64,000 nt of DNA from contig CM035361.1 in assembly GCA_020137815.1 (NCBI GenBank), positions 6,626,595-6,690,594 on the forward strand, written 5' to 3'. This stretch comes from Hormiphora californensis. Taxonomy: Eukaryota > Animalia > Ctenophora. Below the pieces are notes generated by a model. The model was not told where the DNA came from. It made no database searches and was given only the letters and a program-made list of their open reading frames with translations. The position numbers and the translations under genes are program-made. The first letter of the stretch is position 1; each line of letters starts with the position of its first letter. This document shows, piece by piece, positions 58,146 through 64,000 of the stretch.

Positions 58146-59008
58146 CAGTCGCGACCCGATTTAACGGCCCCCGATTAGCGGCACCCGATTTAACGGCAGG
58201 ATAACATTTCCCCAAAAATTTTTGAACTTTTTGAAAAATTTTTTGAAAAATTTTCGAAAAATTTTCAAAGTGCTAAACCACGTCCGAAATCGGTTTCGAA
58301 CGGGCACCTTATTGAATTCTTGCGGTAATTAGACGGTTTCGAAAAACGACAGATTGTGATACCCATGAGGCCCATCATGTCGCAATTTAGACGTCTTGTT
58401 AACTGCCCCACATGGGGACACGTATCGGTTAGTTCGAAACCGTCTAATTAGCGACAGGACGTGCGATAAGTGCACTGATTCGCAAAACGATAATCGGACG
58501 TGGCTTGATATTACCTTTGACAAAATTTTCATAACTTTTTTGCAAATTCTAAGAATGCATTGTCAATGTTTGATCGGTTGATCCCATGAATTTCAGAGAA
58601 AAATATATTTTGAAATTCGGAATCTCCCTCACCCCGCTTAAAGTGCCAAGATTCGGCATGGTATCACGTACGGTTCGTTCGAACCGTCTAATTAGCAAAC
58701 AAGACTGCGATAAGATGCACGATTCGATAAACGATTCTGACGTGGTGAATGTAGTAGTACATTAGAAAATTTTATAACTTTTTTGGAAATTGAAAAAAAA
58801 TTATTCTTTCCAATCAGAAATAGAAAATGATCAGTACTAATACATGACATTGAATTTAACACTTAGAGGTGTTTTAGCTAGAGCATTTTGGACACAAATA
58901 AAATAAAAGAGGGTTTATGGGTCCAATATGCTCTACCCCGATTTAACGGACACCCCGATTTAAGGACAAAACCCTTCCCCCGGAGGGTGGTTAAATCGGG
59001 GTCGACTG
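58146..59008. mobile_element. Tc1/mariner/pogo-type non-autonomous element (CAGT termini, TA site)
   Basis: cagtc..cccgatttaac ... ttaaatcggggtcgactg|ta; absent from the duplicate copy at ~53800. Confidence 0.75.
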
Positions 59009-60948
59009 TACTAGAACATACATACAAAGTTTCATTTCGAAATTTCAACCGGTTGTGGCACAGTTTTGATTATCAAAGTTGACAAAAATTGTGCAGGGGC
59101 AAACACAAATTGTGAGCGGGCAAAAGTTTAATTACTTATAATTAATTAAATTAATTAAAAAATCAGAAAATCCGGCTCTTTTATGACTCGTATTATACCA
59201 CTAGAACATGCATGCAAAGTACTCATTCGAAATATCAAACGGTGTGGCCCAGTTCGAATATCAATTTACCTAAAATGTGCAGGGGCAAACATTTGCCGCA
59301 ACATGTACAGGGGCAAAATGTCGAGGGGGCACAACTTTTAAGTGCTTATAAATTAATTGGTGATAAATTAATGTTGACTATTCCCCCTTTTGTCGACTTT
59401 CTTATATGCATGAACTACATTACTACAAAATGTTGAAAAATGTCGTTATGTATAAGCAGAACAGAAAATATACCATTTTTAGTTGCCTTGTTCAGGAAAT
59501 GTGCGGGGGTCGAAATCAGCGGGCAGGGGAACGATGGTGCAGGTGCAAAAATTTTAATTAATTATAATTAAATTAGTTAATTAAAAATAAGAAATCCAGC
59601 CTTTCTATGACTCAGTTTATACTACTAGAACATGACATACAAAGTTTCATTTCGAAAAAAACAAACGGTTTGGCCACAGTTTGAATACAAAAATTGCAAA
59701 AGTGTGCGGGGTATTTTGACCTGTTACATTTCAAAAAAAGTGCAGGGGGGGCCCTAAAAAAGCCATTTTTGCAGCCTATAATAATTAATAATTAATTTCA
59801 ATACTCCACTTTTCGAATATCATTTTTATGATTGAAGAACATTCCCCCCCCGCCCACTGTCCTCCCCCCCCCTTTTTTTTCTCCATACAAAGTTTGCAAT
59901 GTCGATATTTCAAGCAGAAACGAAGATAAAACCGTGTGCAGGGCACGCGTAGGGGCAAAAAATCAAACTGTACAGGGCAATGTGCAGGGCAAATTTTGAT
60001 AGCCTATAATTAAATTAATAATTAAAAAATCAAAAATCCGGCACGTTATGACAAGTAGTATACTACTAGAACTGCCTACAAAATTTCAGGTCGATATCTC
60101 AAACGATGTGGCCGCAATCGCTGCCGAAATTTGCCCCCCCCCACCCCCCCCCCCCCCCCGAAAATCTTCATTCTGCCGCTATAAGGGCCGTCACTTTTTG
60201 GATTTGGTGCAGGGGCAAAAATTTTTTTTTTCGTTTTTTCTGTTTTTCTTCGGTCGGAGGCTGCCTGCCGGCCACCTAAATATCAAGAATTGGTAAGCGA
60301 TGGGGGGGGGGGAATCCGTAACTGAAAGGAGCATTTATGGCCAACCGCCGGCTGGAAAATACCAGCATTTTTGTGATCCTAACACAACAAACACACACAC
60401 ACCGATCGGACAACGTGCACCCATCCTTGGTGTTGGGTTATCAGTCACTGGGTGGGTGTAAAATACGTGTAGTAACCGGTTGGTTGAATTGTTCATAAAA
60501 ATACGACGCAGTGTCAAGCGATCAAACCGGTTTGACTAGCCTCACCCAACACCGTATCTTAGCACGAATCATACTGTAAGTAGTATACATGAGGTGAGTG
60601 GAGGGGTAAAGCAACGTATCGCTGGTTCCTAAGATGTGCATACAAGAGAGACAAGAGGTCAGAAGAGTGGGAAAATAGATGAAACAAGGGGTGTTATGTT
60701 AAACTGATAGAATACTGAATAGAGAGACTAGATAGGGATCAGGTATCACTTGAGGAGCTCCATGATTCGTACATCTCATCTAGAGTGTTAAAACACCGTA
60801 CATCCGCATCATAACACAACGATCAAATCCTGCAGGAGAGTTAATATATTATTCAATTATCATATAATTATAAACCAATTAGCCCCTCCATAATTTGAGT
60901 ATTATTACTACTGATTTAATTAAATTAGCACTGAACCGGTGCATTTAA

Positions 60949-62200
60949 AAGGCGGACGGTTACACACACGAAAAGGGAGTGGAGAGGAGCTCCATCTGTG
61001 TTCTACGACGCCTATCACGGAGTTCTATGAGGAGAGAGAAGTGACACAAAAAAACCGAAAGGACGCGTTACTACATAGTTTATTTGTGCAATTGTGTGAC
61101 TATATTGTGATATGCTGGTATAGCAAGTACATAACTTTTTATTCATTAATTTACAGCAATTATAACCCTTTAACCTACGCAGCTCTAGGGGACCCCGGAT
61201 TTGTGATGAGGAACTTATTAAACCCTGATGATATTCACTCTGGGCCCTCGGCACCACTTGTCCTTTAACACTCCAAACATCCCAACACCGAGAGGACACA
61301 ATATCCGCTACTACTCAATTATCTCCTCTATAACAAGCTGCACTCGGTACTCTTGAAAAAGAGGACTATTTTGCTGGTTGTGATCCCTACGATGGATGCC
61401 AAACTCAATCGTCGTCAGTCAATCCGGCCAAACTTGGATGAATATAGTAATTGGGATGCATTTTCGATTGGTCGAAGGAAGAACGGAGAGAAATACCTCG
61501 TATCAAAGTAATGTTTGTGATAGCCGAGACATCTCGAGTCCAAGACGGTAACGCGTTTACACAGGAGGTGTTCAGAACCTGGTGATGATTATGTCCTAAT
61601 GGACCGGGATCAGGAGCACCGATCTGTCCTGTAAGTACAAAGTTACTGGGGTCGAGGAGAAGTTCTAGCCCTGTAAACTACACATTTGTGACAAAAACAG
61701 ATGATGATATCATGGTGAATTTACCATTCCTAATGAACACCCTCCGACAATTCCCACTACAAGGTTCTACGTGGCCATTGCAGGAGTGCTTATGGGGGGG
61801 TCCGTGATACCCAAAATGGAGTACTGCAGTGGTGGGGGTACATCATCTCAAGGGATATTGTTAAGAGGATGATAGAGCTACCTCCCAGTGTTCACCGGGT
61901 CCCCTTCCGACCTGAAGATGCCTATGTGGGGTGGTTTGTATACAACTTGAGAACACCGCGGAGGCCCAATAGTAGCAAAAGTTATAAACAACCTCACACT
62001 GTACATTTGTTTAGCCGGAACGCCACCGATCAGCATGCTTTCTACCACTATACCTCACCCAGGCTTGTTCTCAAGTGTATCTGGATCGGATCAACAGTGC
62101 ACCCACAGAGAACGTGATCGTTAATGAAATACAGCCTTGGGGGCTTCGTGTAGCTGTAGTTGGGATTGTATGGTTGATTTTACTTAAATGTGGGTTTGAT
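60949..62200 (+). CDS. Beta-1,3-galactosyltransferase-family (GT31) gene, error-rich copy
   Basis: Fragments KTDDDI, YCSGGGYIISRDIV and EDAYVG are GT31 motifs. There are many indels. The 5' part is also present at ~55868-56010. Confidence 0.65.
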
Positions 62201-62849
62201 AATTGTAGTTGGGATTGTAGTTGAGGATTGTAAGATGCAGTGATTTTACCTTGTTTTGATGATTCCAACATTTGATGTCATGTAATATTTGTGTAATTGG
62301 GGATAGGAGATTGTCAGTGGGAGATCTACAAAGAAGATCTTCGCAACTCTACAGTGATATAGCTACTTGAACTGGGAATAAGGCGATGGTCTATTAATTT
62401 GATAGATGTCGACGGGCGAAAAAGTAATAAATCCATATCTGGAAATTATATGTCTTAAGGCCTAAGGGTATAGTGACCTAACTGCTGGATTATTTAGAAT
62501 AAGGGAGGATCTTGTTTGAGTGATTATTGCATACCATCACTAAACCAAGATCGTCCCTTTCTCAAATCCGCAGGTAGGTCACTAACCCTTAGGCCTGTAA
62601 GACATATAATTTCCAGATATGGAGGTTATTACTTTTCGCCGTCGACACTCGACAAATTAATAGGGACCATACGCTTATTCCCAGTTCAATTATGCTTATA
62701 CACACTTTAGATTTGCTAAGATCTTCTCTGTAGATCTCCACTAAATCTCGAATCCCAAATGTACACAAAAATATTGGAACATGACATCAAATGTGGTAGG
62801 AATCATAAAAAAACAATGTGAAAATCAAACTGCATCTACTCTCCAACTA

Positions 62850-64000
62850 CAATCCCAACTACAATTATCAACAACAATTTATGTAAAATCAACCATACAA
62901 TCCAACTCAAGCTACACGGAAGCCCAAGGGCGGTATTTCATAACGATCAACTGTTCTCTGTGGGTGCACTGTTGCTGATCCGATCCAGATACACTTGCGA
63001 ACAGCTGGTTGAGGTATAGTGGTCGAAAGCATGCTGATAAGGTGTGCGTGTCTCGGCAAAACAATTGTAAGTGAGGTTGTTATAACTTGCTACTATTGGG
63101 CCTCCGCGGTGTCTCTTCCAAGTGTATACAAACCACCACCACATTAGGCATATTCAGGTCGGAAGGGGACCGGTTGAACACTGGGAGGTAGTCTATCATT
63201 CTCTTAACAATATCCCTTGAGATGATGTACCCCCCACCACTGCAGTACCTCCATTTTGGGTAGTCACGGAAACCCCCAATAGAACATCCTGCATGGCAAC
63301 CGTTCGAACCTTGTAGTGGTATATTGTCGCGAGGGTGTTCATTAGGAATGGTAAATTCACCCATGATATCATCATCTGTTTTGATCACAAAGGTGAGTGA
63401 TACAGGGCTAGACTTCTCCTCAGACCCCAGAATAACTTTGTACTTCAGGACAGACGGTGATTCCTTGATCACGGTTTTCATTAGGAACAGATCATCAACC
63501 ATGTTCTAACAACCTCCTGTGTAAACGCGTTAACAGTCTTGCTAAGATGTCTCGGCTACACAAACATTACTTTGATACGAAAGGTATTTCTCTCGTTCTT
63601 CTATCCGACCAATCTGAAAATGCATCCCAATTACTAATATTCAGCCAAGTTTGGGCGGATTGCGACGACGATTGAAGTTTTCACGCATTCGTAGGAGCAC
63701 AAACACAGCAAAATAGTCCTCTTTTTCAATAGTTACCGAGGTGCAGGTTATAGAGAGATATTGATAGTAGAGTAATTGTGTTCCTCTCGGTGTGGGAGGG
63801 ATCGTTTGGAGTGTAAAAGGACAAGTGTGCCGAGGCCCAGAGTGAATATAATCAGGGGGGTTGTAATAGTTCCTCATTCACAAAACCGGGGTCCATAGAG
63901 CTGCAGTAGGTTTTTAACGGGTATAATTGCTGTAAATATGAAAAAAAGTTAATGTACTTGCTATACAGCATCATCACATATAGGTCAACACAATTGAACA
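62850..64000 (-). CDS. Inverted copy of the GT31 gene (probable fold-back artefact)
   Basis: ORF 63080-63502 has FVIKTDDDI and YCSGGGYIISRDIV. The region is the reverse complement of ~61090-62200. Confidence 0.5.

Noticed and set aside
61090-64000. Tail-to-tail inverted duplication of the GT31 gene centred near 62530
   Set aside because: There is almost no spacer, the arms have independent indel noise, and it runs to the window end. This is typical of a fold-back read artefact; spanning reads would be needed to accept it.

Overview
Eukaryotic (metazoan; tentatively ctenophore-like, by inference) genomic DNA of uneven, long-read-like quality. The backbone is a multi-exon ATG2 (autophagy-related 2) gene on the + strand. 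About 26 phase-consistent exons can be read by hand from 1005 to 44675, and the gene is open at both ends. Its introns hold at least four nested genes: an SVOP-like MFS transporter, a CHST-like sulfotransferase, and two related secreted proteins on the - strand. A GT31 galactosyltransferase further on may also be nested. Mobile elements include MITEs, a 6.7-kb foldback element and a truncated LINE. The main unusual signal is that many intronic tandem arrays are amplified copies of the adjacent exon-intron junction: 61 donor sites, about 65 acceptor-plus-exon-start units, 12 donors, 5 acceptors, and many 2-3-copy echoes. An X-box-like palindrome recurs just downstream of donors. After about 53 kb the window appears to contain a second haplotype copy and a probable fold-back artefact.
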